DNA from: Hypanus sabinus
Lineage: Eukaryota
Direction of reading: 5' to 3'
Assembly (NCBI RefSeq): GCF_030144855.1
Contig: NC_082710.1
Coordinates: 26,598,001-26,662,000, forward strand
Length of the DNA: 64,000 nucleotides
The notes under the pieces were generated by a model, which was not told the DNA's origin, searched no databases, and saw only the letters and a list, made by a program, of their open reading frames with translations. Each line of letters opens with the position of its first letter. The first letter of the stretch is position 1. This document shows positions 23,500 through 35,400 of this stretch, piece after piece. The translations under genes were made by a program, and so were the position numbers.

Positions 23500-25740
23500 A
23501 TAGCAGCAACCTCTTACTCAATGTCAGCAAGACCACAGAGATGATTATTGACTTCAGCAGGTCCATGAACCACTCCTTATCGGGGGATCAGAGGCGAAGA
23601 GGGTCAGCAACTTTAAATTCCTCAGTGTTAACATTTCAGAGGATATATCCTGGGTTAAGCATGTAAGTGCAATTACAAAGAAAGCACAGTACCATAGTGC
23701 CACTACTTTCATATAAGTTGTAGAGATTCGGCATGTCATCAAAAACTTTGATAAACATCTATAGACATGTGGTGGAGAAAATATTGACTGATTGTATCAC
23801 AACCTGGTATGGAAACGTCAATGCCCTCATACAAAAAGGCCTACAAAAAATGTAGGATATGGCCTAACCCACCACAAGTAAAGCTCTCACACCATTAAAC
23901 ACATTTACACTGAGTGATGTCACAGTAAAGAAACATCCGTCATCAATTCAGGCCATGATTTCTTCCTGCTGTTGCCATCAGGAAAAAGGTACAGAAACCT
24001 CAAGACCCACACCATCAGGTTTAGGAACAATTATTACTCCTCATCCATCAGGAGGGGATAACTTCACTCAATTTCACTCATCCCACTACTGGATTTTTCC
24101 CACAATCCACAGAATGGACTCACTTTCAAGGAATCTTCCTCTTACGCTCTTGCTATTTAGTTATTATAATTATTTCTCTTTCTTTATGTATTTGCATAAT
24201 TTGTTGATTTTTTTTTGCACATTATAGGCCTGTCAGTTTGACGTCAGTGGTGGGTAAATTAATGGAAAGTATTTTTAGAGATAGCATATATAATTATCTG
24301 GATAGACAGGGTCTGATTAGGAACAGAAAACATGGATTTGTGCGTGGAAGTTCATGTTTGACAAATCTTATTGAATTTTTTACTAGGAAAGTTGATGAGG
24401 GTAAAGCAGTGACAGGGTTCCGCATAGAAGGTTAGTTAGGAAGGTTCAATCGTTAGGTATTAATATTGGTAATAAAATGGATTTAACAGTGTCTGGATGG
24501 GAGATGTCAGAGAGTAGTGATGGATAATTGTTTGTCAGTTGGAGGCTGGTGACTAGTGGTGTGCCTCAGGGATCTGTACTGGGTCCAATGTTGTTTGTCC
24601 TATACATTAATGAACTGGATGATGGGGTGGTAAATTGGATTAGTAAGTATGCAGATGATACTAAGGTAGGTGGCGTTGTGGATAATGAAGTAGGTTTTCA
24701 AAGTTTGCAGAGAGATTTAGGCCAGTTAGAAGAGTGGGCTGAATGATGGCAGATGGAGTTTAATGCTGATAAGTGTGAGGTGCTACATTTTGGTAGGAAT
24801 AATCCAAATAGGACATACATGGTAAATGGTAGGGCATTGAAGAATGCAGTAGAACAGAGTGATCCAAGAATAATGGTGCATAGTTCCCTGAAGGTGGAAT
24901 CTCATGTGGATAGGGTGGTGAAGAAAGTTTTTGGTATGTTGGCCTTCATAACTCTGAGCATTGAGTATAGGAGTTGGGATGTAATGTTAAAATTGTACAA
25001 GGCATTGGTGAGGCCGAATTTGGAGTATTGTGTACAGTTCTGGTCACCGAATTATAGGAAAGATGTCAACAAAATAGAGAGAGAACAGAGAAGATTTACT
25101 AGAATATTACCTGGGTTTCAGCACTTAAGTTACAGGGAAAGTTTGAACAAATTAGATCTTTATTCTTTGGAGCGTAGAAGGTTGAGGGGGGACTTGATAG
25201 AGATATTTAAAATTATGAGGGGGATAGATAGAGTTGATGTGTATAGACTTTTTCCATTGAAAATAGGGGAGATTCAAACAAGAGGACATGAGTTGAGAGT
25301 TAGGGACAAAAGTTTAAGGGTAACACAAGGCGGAATTTCTTTACTCAGAGAGTGGTAGCTGTGTGGAACAAGCTTCCAGTAGAAGTGGTAGAGGCAGGTT
25401 TGGTATTATCATTTAAAGTAAAATTGGATAGGTATATGGACAGGAAAGGAATGGAGGGTTATGGGCTGAGTGCGTGTCAGTGGGACTAGGTGAGAGTAAG
25501 TGAGAGTAGATGAGAGTAAGCACAGACTAAAAGGGCCGAGATGGCCTGTTTCCATGCTGTAATTGTTATATGGTTATATGGTTGTTAGTCCATCCTGTTG
25601 GCTAAAGTCTTTTATTGAAACTATAGTGTTTTTTTTAAATTTTTACTATGAAAGCCCACAAGAAAATGAATCTCAAAGCTGTATATGGTGATATATCCGT
25701 AGTTCAATAATACATTTACTTTGAACTTTGAATTTTGAAG
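23500..25740 (+). mobile_element. Decayed Rex1/Babar fragment interrupted by CR1
   Basis: gagatgattattgacttcag (EMIIDF), FKFL relic; 3' UTR resumes after 25582 and ends ctttgaactttga. Confidence 0.75.
24223..25582 (+). mobile_element. CR1 LINE, RT and 3' end
   Basis: YRPVSLTSVVGKLME, SGVPQGSVLGP, SKYADDTK, RPNLEYCVQFWSP; (ggttatat)n tail. Confidence 0.95.
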
Positions 25741-26479
25741 TTTTTGCTGACTCATTCAACCTACTGAGTTCGATGTTAGAACTCTGTCAGCACACTTATT
25801 GAATTGCAGGCAGCGACATCTAGTACTTCACACTTTACATACACAGATCATAATCCTAAGTGATGGTGCTCACCAAGAATTTCTCTATCATCATGCCTGT
25901 AATATTCAGATAATTAATTATTCTCTTTCCCCAGGTCATGGGTAGTAAAATGGCTTAGACATTCAATCATTAAGCTGGATTTTGAGTACTACTTAGTGAA
26001 AAATTTCAAAAATAAATTGTTGGGAAACTTGATTAACATGTTTGTGCTGTAATGGGTGGCTGTCTGGGTCCCCCTTGATTACAGCATATTCTCAGGCACA
26101 TAATATAATAAAAACCATGCAATGTATGCTACAGCATCATCTCCCACCAGTTCTACTCCATCCTATACCTTGGTCATCACTTGATTGTTCAACTCTACAC
26201 CTTTCTTAGACCCATATTGGAAGGAGTGGCCCAAATAACTTCCTCTGGTAGCAACAATAGGGCTAAGGAGCAAGCATTCATCATGCCAAAATGCATGATG
26301 AACTTTCCCACTGAAAACTGATAGTCTGGATCTTGTACGTACTTTAGTTTTGCTATCATATCCTCTACAGCTATAACTTAAACAGTACAGCTATAAATGT
26401 GTGAGTGAGGCACAGTACAATTTGTGGCACAGCATTTCTAACATTGTTATAACTTGTTATAGTACTTGAGTTATTTAAG

Positions 26480-26715
26480 TACCATAAGACATAGGAACAG
26501 AATTAGGCCACTCGGCCCATCTGGTCTCGCTGTCATTCAATCTTGACTGATATATTATACTTCTCAACTTTATCCTCCTGTTTTTCCACAATAACCTTTG
26601 ACTCCGTTACCAATCAAGAGCCTTTAAACATACTCAGTGACTTGGCCCCCACAGATTTCTGTGGCAATGAATTCTACAGATTCACCACCCACTGGCTAAA
26701 GAAATTCCTCCTCAA
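26480..26715 (-). mobile_element. CR1 3' UTR fragment
   Basis: accataagacataggaacagaattaggcc...ggcaatgaattctacagattcacc...aagaaatt, homologous to 2430-2670. Confidence 0.75.
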
Positions 26716-27604
26716 ATTCTTCACAGAATTGCTCTTCATATCTATCAACCATTGGCAGTCTTCTACATATAGAAGTGAATGAAACAGAAGCAAAACATCA
26801 TTTTGAGTTATGCCTGATCTGCTCTGTCCACATCACTCATGAAACTGGCCTGTTTCACACCTCAGCAAATCCATCTTGAAATCACATTCAGCACTTGTGA
26901 CAAGTCTCTGTAGAAGTATTTTGATCTCCAAAACATATTGTAGTTGAAGTGACAGAGTTCCAGGTTTCAAAATGTAATCCAGATATTTGATAAGGTGAAA
27001 ATCTCTTTCAGGATTGCAGATAACAAGTTATTTTCTTGTAGTTACTAAGTTTAACCTTCAAAGTCATGAAAGCATCTCACAAAATGGCCTAGTGTTAATG
27101 ATGAAAATGTTTATGATGTTGAAATGTCTTTGTTGAAAATAAGTTTTAAATTCACACAGAATAAACTTCTAAAATGTACTGGAAAATATGTAAGTAGTTT
27201 TAACATGTATTATACTTCCAAGTAAAATAATGCCACACATGTTGTACAAACATTGAACACGTTAGCATAAATTTCAAGTCTTTAACCTTATAGAGGTTTT
27301 AGCCCAAATACTATTCATTGATTACACTACATTGCTGTATGGTCCAAGATGTTATTAATTTAAACTATATTATGTTTATGTGACAATTTCATGTCTTTCA
27401 TATGCACACACTGCAGAATTTCAATAAAGCAAGTCTGTGGAGTTGGCAGACTCCATATTATTTAAATCCATATTATTTAAATACCCACCAAAGCCAGATG
27501 TTGAGAAAATAGCCTTTGAAGATGCATTTAAATGCAAATAGATTGCTCATTAGAACTATTAACCTTTAGCCACTCAATGATTGATATATTTTGAACTATA
27601 CGTA

Positions 27605-27890
27605 CAGCATGGTAGAATAGTAGTTCGCACAAATCTTTACAATATCAGCGATCTGGGTTCAATTCCTGCCGCCGCCTGTAAGGAGTTTGTACATTCTCTC
27701 CATGACCATGTGGGTTTCCTCCAGGTGCTCTGGTTTCCTCCCACAGTCCAAAACCACAGCAGTTGACAAGTTAATTGGTCATTGTCAATTGTCCCGTGAT
27801 TACATTAGGGTTAAATCGGGGGATTGCTAGGGGGCGAGGCTCGAAGAGACAGAAAGGCCTATTCCATGCTACATCTCAATTAACAAATAT
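27605..27890 (+). mobile_element. HE1/V-SINE-like tRNA-derived SINE
   Basis: B-box GGTTCAATTCC; core gtgggtttcctccaggtgctctggtttcctcccacagtccaaa; CR1-like tail. Confidence 0.85.
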
Positions 27891-28343
27891 TGTTGAAATG
27901 TAGAAGAACTGATTGAAACAAGGGTCATGGCTGGAAGCTGACTGACTGAAATAAACACTGATACACTTGGCAGAAAATAGACACACTACAGAAAGGCTCT
28001 TGCCATCTGGCCCCTTTGTTTTCTACCAGGGAAAACTGGTGCACGGAGAGACAACCCATTTATAGGATAAGTTCACCAGCCCTGTGGAGATTGTTTATAT
28101 TTAAGTAAGTGCTTAAGATATTTTGCTTTCTTTTGGTTATTATCATAAGTAAGAATATCTATTTGAATAATTATAAAATGTCTCTAGCGATATTCAAGAA
28201 ATTGTTTAAATCTTTAGACACTGGAAAAGCAACAGAGATCAGCGATTACTGGGGTTAGAATCTTCTTGTTGCTGAAATATTGCTACACCTGACCAGCTTC
28301 TGGCCTTGAAAGCCCAAGGATGATTCGATCCGTGCACGCATAC

Positions 28344-28400
28344 CTTGTTGATATGGGCCTAGATATGCGGAAAGTACAGGGACTGAGTTGATTACAAAAA
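28344..28400 (-). other. Candidate 57-nt internal exon of an unidentified host gene
   Basis: Acceptor ttttttattgattatgtttgacttgcccccag, donor AAG|gtatgc, length divisible by 3, open in two phases; unique CpG-retaining context. Confidence 0.45.
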
Positions 28401-28494
28401 CTGGGGGCAAGTCAAACATAATCAATAAAAAAAGATTGAAAATGGAAACATAAGTTAGCTTTGCAACATATTAATGTCAAGTATTAATACAGCA

Positions 28495-28828
28495 CCCACC
28501 AAAGGGGCTACAACCTTGTCGTGGTTTGGAGGCTTGCATGCCCCAATAAGCTGGAGAGCTGTCGGAGCTTTATGCTTTTGTTCTCGATAGGGTCACCCAT
28601 ACCAAACAGATCAAAGGGTAGAGGCCAGACTGAGAGTGGTCCAACAGTCCTCCAGGTTCAGAGGGTTCAGCTGAGGACTAACAACCCTGACTGGCAAAAC
28701 AAAATGGCTATGGAAGCAGCAATGAAAAATCCTTATATATTTGAGAGGCAGAGAAAGGAGGACTTTCATTGCTGCCCTAAATATCAGTAGGTGTACCAGA
28801 CTCTAAGAGTGTAAGTAAGTAAGTAATA
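28495..28828 (+). mobile_element. RTE-derived short non-coding retroposon
   Basis: RTE 5'-UTR-like start (ggggctacaaccttgtcgtggtttggaggcttgc) and (gtaa)n tail. Confidence 0.55.
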
Positions 28829-31244
28829 CAACACACAGAGTAAAAAAAACTAAGATACATATTTATATATATTTAATATTGCATGAAAAATACCTGTCTA
28901 TGTGCTTCCTGACTTTAGTACGTAATTTCATAAATGCTTTCCGTAAATTTCTAAATTGAAAACGGCATTTAGTAGGTTATATTTCCTTCCTTCAGGTAAC
29001 AGCTTGAAGGCAGCCTGACATGCTTGCTGTGAATTTTGAGCTGTTAAGTATACTCCAGCTGAGAAAGGTTGCTATTTTACTGCATGGGAATTTTGGGTGA
29101 TAGTGGGCAAAGCAAGCTGAATGCTGAGCTGGAAATCAACATTCGGATCAGCAACTACTTTTCCGGATGACGGAGAAGCTTCAAAGGGCCATTTGGTCTC
29201 CTCCACTCCCTACACTTATGTTCTTAATATTTTCACATTTCTACCTTTATTTTGCAGATTTCCAGCATCTGCTGCTATTTACATCTGTCACCGAATACCA
29301 TTTCAAGCCAGGAGAAAACTATTTTGTCGCAGGTTTTTTCATTAAATAAATTCTCTCCAATAGCTGAACCACAAACTTTATTCTGGCTTACAATGAGTTT
29401 TCATATATGGATAAGGTTCTTGTCTTCTTTTCACAGAGGGTATTGAATCTTCATTTTTCTACCCTAGATGATTAAGGAGGTTAAGCCATAGACCCATACC
29501 TTGAACAAGATAGGTACATTTTTGAAAGATTGAGGAATAGTGGACTATGGGGAACCAGCACAGATGAGGTGAAGCTAATAAATGATGTATAATTGTATTG
29601 AAAGGTGGGAACCTACACCTGATCCTATATTCTTGTGTTCTTTTAAAATAGTGGGGATATCTCCCAGGCCTAAGCTTCTGTGCTTGACTGGACAACTGAA
29701 AAATAGCTCACAGGGCAATAAAAAAGATCCTGCTCACACTGTCACCTCAGCCCAACCTTGAAAATGATATGAGAAGAACCTGACTGGGAACCCTGTCTTA
29801 ACTATCCTGAGCAAAAAAGATGACCCTTCCTCATAATTACATTTCTAAACTGGGACAGTTATCCCTGGATTCTTTTTTCTTTACCAGTTATGAAATAACA
29901 CCTCTTTTCTACAAAAGATTGAATACCTAATGTCCCCCAGCACCTCTGCCATATGACCTTCCTTTCCAGCCTTTCTATGCTACTGGTGACAGGGCACTAC
30001 TGGGCCTCCCACTGTTCCAGCTGTCAGATGTGCCATTTCAGATAAGCACTGCTTGGATTACCAATGAACTCTCATGGAGAAATCAACACCACACCAGAGG
30101 CTTTCCAGCAGCATATAATCATGGCTGTCTATCAGCTACTCATCATTTCCATTCCCCACTCTCTTCTTTGTAGTTCTGTAAAATTTTCATTACCATGATC
30201 TTATCCAATTTTTCATTGCCAAAATGGTACCTATCTCTACATAGCTTCAATCCTTAGTCCAATAAATAAACACAACATAAAAATGCTTATCCACATGTAG
30301 TTGTACATTTTCCCCTTTTATTTTGTACTGTGTCCTCTAAACCTCAGCCACTCTTCAGCATCCCATTATCCACTTTATTCTAACCCCTCAACGTTTAACA
30401 CTTCCAGCAGATCCCCTGTCAATATTACTTGAAAAGAGAAGATTTTGTCACCTACCATTGTGACTATTCCCTTATCCCAGAACAGTTCTCATTAACTTTT
30501 GTACAATTATCAAAAGACCTCACGTCCTTCCTATTACACTGTGAATTCAATCAGAGGATTGGCACATGGTCACCAAAGATCATTGTTTATTTTCCGGCAA
30601 GAGAAGCCCAAGATGTTCCAGCAGGAAGGGAATGATTCAGTTCCTGTTGTGACTTGAACTGGAGCACCCATTTTCTGAATGATTATTTACCGTTTCTGAG
30701 TGGGTGGCCTTAGAACTCTTGCAATGTAGGAGGCAGAGTATCTATTATCAATATTGCATCACCTATTGTAAATGACGTGCCCACCCTAACCAAAGAACAA
30801 AGTTTCTGTGAACTGCTTTTAATCTGTTACTTTAAAAAAACATTCTACTGAGAAACTTCTTTTTCTTTCCTGCCAATTTCTGTTGGCAAGCTTCCTAACC
30901 ATCCTCCACCTTTTGGAGATATCAACACCTCTCTGATGTATCACTATCACTCTCTAAGATATTGGAGAATAGCCAGTAAATTAAACCGAAAATTCTTTAT
31001 TAACAAAACAACTTAGAGTGAGGGAGAGCAAGACATGATAAACTTTTCTATGTGTCTATTCCTAAGCAGTTAACCAGTTTTTGATCATTAAAGCAACACT
31101 TTAGTGCATATGATGGAACTGTGGTTTCACCTCCAGTGACCTGGATTTAAACTTCACCTCCAATGCTATTCTTTAAGAGCTTGTGCATTTAAGTGAATAC
31201 AAGGTCTCCTCAATTTCTCTGTTTTTTTCTCTCACCTCAGATAT

Positions 31245-31490
31245 TTTAGAGAAACAGCATAGTTACAACCCCTCCCAGCCCCACGAGCCCATGCTACCAG
31301 TTACACAGGTGACTAATTAGGTTCTAACCCAAACGTCCTTGGAACATGGGAGGAAACTGGAGCAGCTGAAGGAAACCCTTCAGGGTCACTGGGAGAGTAT
31401 ACAAACTCCTTACAAATAGTGGTAGAATTGAACTTGGGTCATTTGCTGGTGCTGCAATAGTGTTTCGCTAACTGCTACGCTACCGTATGT
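31245..31490 (-). mobile_element. HE1/V-SINE-like SINE
   Basis: Reverse complement of the core: gggaggaaactggagcagctgaaggaaaccc...tacaaactccttaca...ttgaac. Confidence 0.8.
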
Positions 31491-33779
31491 TTATGTGTGG
31501 TTTGGTAGGTTTATTGATAACATAAATTGCTCTTAATAATGGGGGGGGGGGATAGAAAATTGATGGTAGGATGAGGGGGAGGAGAGAAAAAATTGGGATC
31601 TGTGTAGATAGGTATCAGCTAGTGCAGACTGAACGGGTGTAGGCTGAGTGACTGTGACCTCATGATTCTGTAATTCTAACCATGTAACAGTACAGGGAGA
31701 GTAGCTTCAAAGCTGATGATTTAAACTGGTGGCATACTGTATGTAGCTTACATAAAATTGATGGGTACACAAGGCCATTTGTGTGGTGTTGCTCTAGTTA
31801 CCAGATTGGCTATGACATACACCTGACGTGAGGCAATGAATGATTACTACTGAACATTACTGGAAAACCTAAAATTATCCTTGGCCATCTTCTATCATTC
31901 ATTTTCAGCAGGTACTGCAAATGGAATTCAAAATGAGGATTCCTGGCTTTTTTGGCTGAAGGTATGGTGAACATTCATATTTCAGGACGCAGGAGGCATA
32001 TCGCAAACCTCTGCTTTCTAGTGCTGTAACGTGACCTTACCAAAGGCTCAGAGTTGTTTGTGACAAAGTTAAATTTTAACAAATACGCCTTGCTCAGCTT
32101 CTTGCTGTAAACAAGAACCAGTCTTCAGCTCTTAGTGGAAAATTGCAAGCAGCAATTTGTGTAAAGTTAAAAGCACAGCTTGGCAAACAGCATTGTTTAC
32201 AGAGCACAGGCTGCTGGCCCACAGCAGGGGGAGGGAAGGGGGCATGGGTGGAGGTGACTGGCTGCTAAGAGTTTCAGTTTGCAAAGTGAAATGTTTAAGA
32301 ACTTCTTGTCCGCGTTAGCTATATGTAAGACAATGGGGCTGACATTAGGTTAATTGGCCGACATCAGTCTAGGCAACTGCAGCTATGTTATACATGTTAT
32401 TGTGATATAGATCAGGAAAGGATCCAGACCAGGCTTACTTTGTCGCTTAGCACATCAAACATGGTCACAGGTATGACCAGTCGATAGTTGTGATATCTGT
32501 ATACTCAGACAGTCCTAATGTTAATTGTGGGTGTCTGAAATCTCTATCCTCTGAAGCTTTTAGACCATCTGTGTGAATTACTTTGTCACAGCAAAGATAT
32601 CTAAGTAGTGTTAAATGCAAGTAATATCAACTAGTAGCAAAACAGTATATATGTTAGAAAGCATTGGGAATTGTCTGGAATGACAGGAGAATGAAAGAAA
32701 GTCAGTGTGACTGAAAGAAGAAGAATTCTTTCCTCAACCTTTGATTTCTGTGACAGATGACTTGTTCCTCTGAAACACATTGGTATGTTATTTAAGTCCA
32801 TAAGAGTTGTACCTGTGTTTGGAAATCTTTTGTAGTTATAAATCTTTTGGAACTCAGAAATATTTTTGTTGTGTTTGTTCACATGTAACTTCAGACGAGA
32901 CCTGTAGTCAGGAGTTAAAACAAAACCAGAACTCAAAATAAACCTTTATTCAGCAAAATCACGCAGTTATAAAAATCTCGAAATTGAAAGCATGACTATT
33001 TAAATGGTTTACCCAAGAACATTCAAGATAGTGATAGAATTAATAATCAATCAGTGAAAGTCAGCCTGGGATTGGTTGTCAGCTGACCAATTGGAGCTGG
33101 TTGTTTTGGCTCACCATAACATCTCTCCTTTGAAGATGATTACCTGCAGGGTTTGTGCCAAGGGCTGATTTGGTTTAGAACAACTGGTTTACGCTGATAA
33201 TCAGTTCCTATTAGTGGTTGCAGGCTGTCACTTTCTTGTTGCAATGTTGCTTGTAGCTGTGTTAATACTGCTGACTGGTTCAATCAGGGTAAATCAAACC
33301 TTATCAGGAGGAGATGAAAGTTTAGCTCTGTGTTTGCCCGATAAATTTATTTTGCCTTCAGAAGCACGTGACCACAACCAACTGATATGACGATGCCTGC
33401 AATGTCCATCTTCATAGAGCACTTCACCCATTTGTTTGATAATCTGACTTAATACCCAGAGCTCTTGCTCATTGCGATACTGATTGACCCACACTGCAGC
33501 TCTGGACTTGAATGACTTCACCCATCGACCAAGATCTGTTGGTTGCCTTTGTGTACCTGCTGTCTCGGATGTTGGATGCTGTGGCAGCATTGTATCTAAC
33601 ACAGCGAGCAGTTCTCTTCCCAAGTGCACTTCAGCTGGAGACTTCCCCTCGAGGTCTGGATATGATGTAATTCTATATGTTAGCAGAAACATGCTGAGAA
33701 CTTCGGCCAATGCTTCTCCCATCTCTTGATTTCAGAAGCGGTCATTTGAAGGATTCAGCATGACATCTATAACTTTGAC

Positions 33780-34725
33780 TAATTTCTATAGATTTGCAAT
33801 GGAGAATATACTGTCTGGCTGCATCACAGCCTGGTATGGAAACACTAATACGCTTGAAGGGAAACCCTACAAAAAGTAGTGTTAAAGACCTCCCCACCAC
33901 TGAGCACATCTACAAGTAGCGTTGTCACAGGAAGGCAGCATCCACCATCGGAGATCCCCTCCACCCAGGTCATACTTTCATCTCGTTGCTACCATTCAGA
34001 AGAAGGTTCAGGAACCTTAGGACTCTCACCACCCGGTTTAGGAACAGTTATTATCCCTCAACATTCAGGCTCCTGAACTAGAGGGGATAACTTCACTCAA
34101 CTGCACTTGCCTCACCATTATTATTAATATTATTATTATTTCTATTTCCTTTTTTCTTTTTGTATTTTCAATTTGTTGTCTTTAGCACACTGAAGATACG
34201 AGGGGTGATTGATAAGTTCATGGCCTAAGGTAGAAGGAGTCAATTTTAGAAAACATAGCACATTTATTTTTCAACATAGTCCCCTCCTGCATTTACACAC
34301 ATAGTCCAGCAGTCGTGGAGCATACAGATCTTGGACCTCCAGAAAGTGTCCACAGCAGGGGTGATTGATAAGCTTGTGGCCTATGGTAGAAGGAGTTGAG
34401 TTATACAGCTCTCGTTACATGCACATATAGTTCAACTCTGTGAGTGATAATGCAGAAAGTTTGAAGTTAATAACTCATCTCCTTCTACCTTAGGCCACAA
34501 ACTTATCAATCACCCCAATGAGTTATTAACTGATGTTATTAACTTCAGACTTTCTGCATAATCACTCAAAGAGTTGAACTGCATGTACATGTAACGAGAG
34601 CCGTATAACTCATCTCCTTCTACCATAGGCCACGGACTTATCAATCACACCTGGTAAAGCTCAGGGTTGTATGTGGTGACATATCTGAACATTGATAATA
34701 AATTTAATTTGATCTTTGAACTTTG
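33780..34725 (+). mobile_element. Rex1/Babar 3' fragment nested in Gypsy, itself carrying a MITE
   Basis: ctggctgcatcacagcctggtatggaaac (GCITAWYGN); tail ataataaatttaatttgatctttgaactttg. Confidence 0.8.
34199..34654. mobile_element. Mariner-like composite MITE with four TIR copies
   Basis: TA-CGAGGGGTGATTGATAAG...CTTATCAATCACACCTGG-TA; extra TIRs at about 34357 (forward) and 34516 (reverse). Confidence 0.85.
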
Positions 34726-35039
34726 AAAGGCTGCCTGCATGTGGTACTGTCATTTTGGGACCAAAGACTGGCTTTGCATTTGGATGCAGATGAAGTTCTG
34801 CTTGCAATTTGGTGGAGCAACCTAAACCTTCTTGAAACGCTGCTGCACGGCGCTGTTGCAGTTGCTGTTGTTGTACGGTCTCTCATACTGATTGTGGTAT
34901 GGCATTGACTGACAAGACTTGAATGGCCAATGTCTTTGTACAGGCCTCATCGAGAGGGATGCTCCAGAGATCAAGCTTGAATATTCACTCAGTGGCAAGG
35001 ACATCCAGATCCCGCTGCTCTGTTAGGTAACACACACCA

Positions 35040-35400
35040 TTTTTTTAATGATTCATTTACAGGATGTGGGCACCGCCAGCTAAGCCAGCATTTATTGCCC
35101 ATCCCTTGTTCCCCTTGAGATGGTGGTGATGAGCTGCCTTCTTGAACCACTGCAGACCCAGAGGTGTAGGGACACCCACAATGCTGTTAGGGAGGGAATT
35201 CCATGATTTTGAACCAGCGGCACTAAAGGGGAAACGATATGTTTCCAAGTCAGGATGGTAAGTGACTTGGAGGGGGATTTCCAAGTGGTGGTGTTCCCAG
35301 GTATCTGCTGGTAGAGTCATGTCAGGGTCTCGCTGCAGTCTGGTCAGGAGCTGCTTGCAAGTGTCTGCATCACCAGGAGCATGAAGTCCCCAAATCAAAA
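35040..35400 (-). mobile_element. CR1-like LINE 3' fragment
   Basis: SKSWNSLPNSIVGVPTPLGLQWFKKAAHHHHLKG, followed by AATAAA. Confidence 0.7.

Noticed and set aside
27452-27481. 15-bp tandem duplication TCCATATTATTTAAA
   Set aside because: Ordinary microduplication with no associated element
27605-27680. tRNA gene
   Set aside because: Only A/B-box-like SINE head; no cloverleaf, and it continues into the SINE core
28495-28580. HDV-like ribozyme in the RTE-like 5' end
   Set aside because: Could not assign P1-P4 pairings by eye
28975-29002. Plus-strand recursive splice site ttccttccttcag|gtaaca
   Set aside because: Weak donor and opposite strand to the better exon candidates; may be chance
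34199-34654. CRISPR-like repeat array
   Set aside because: Repeats are inverted transposon TIRs with non-unique spacers in a vertebrate context
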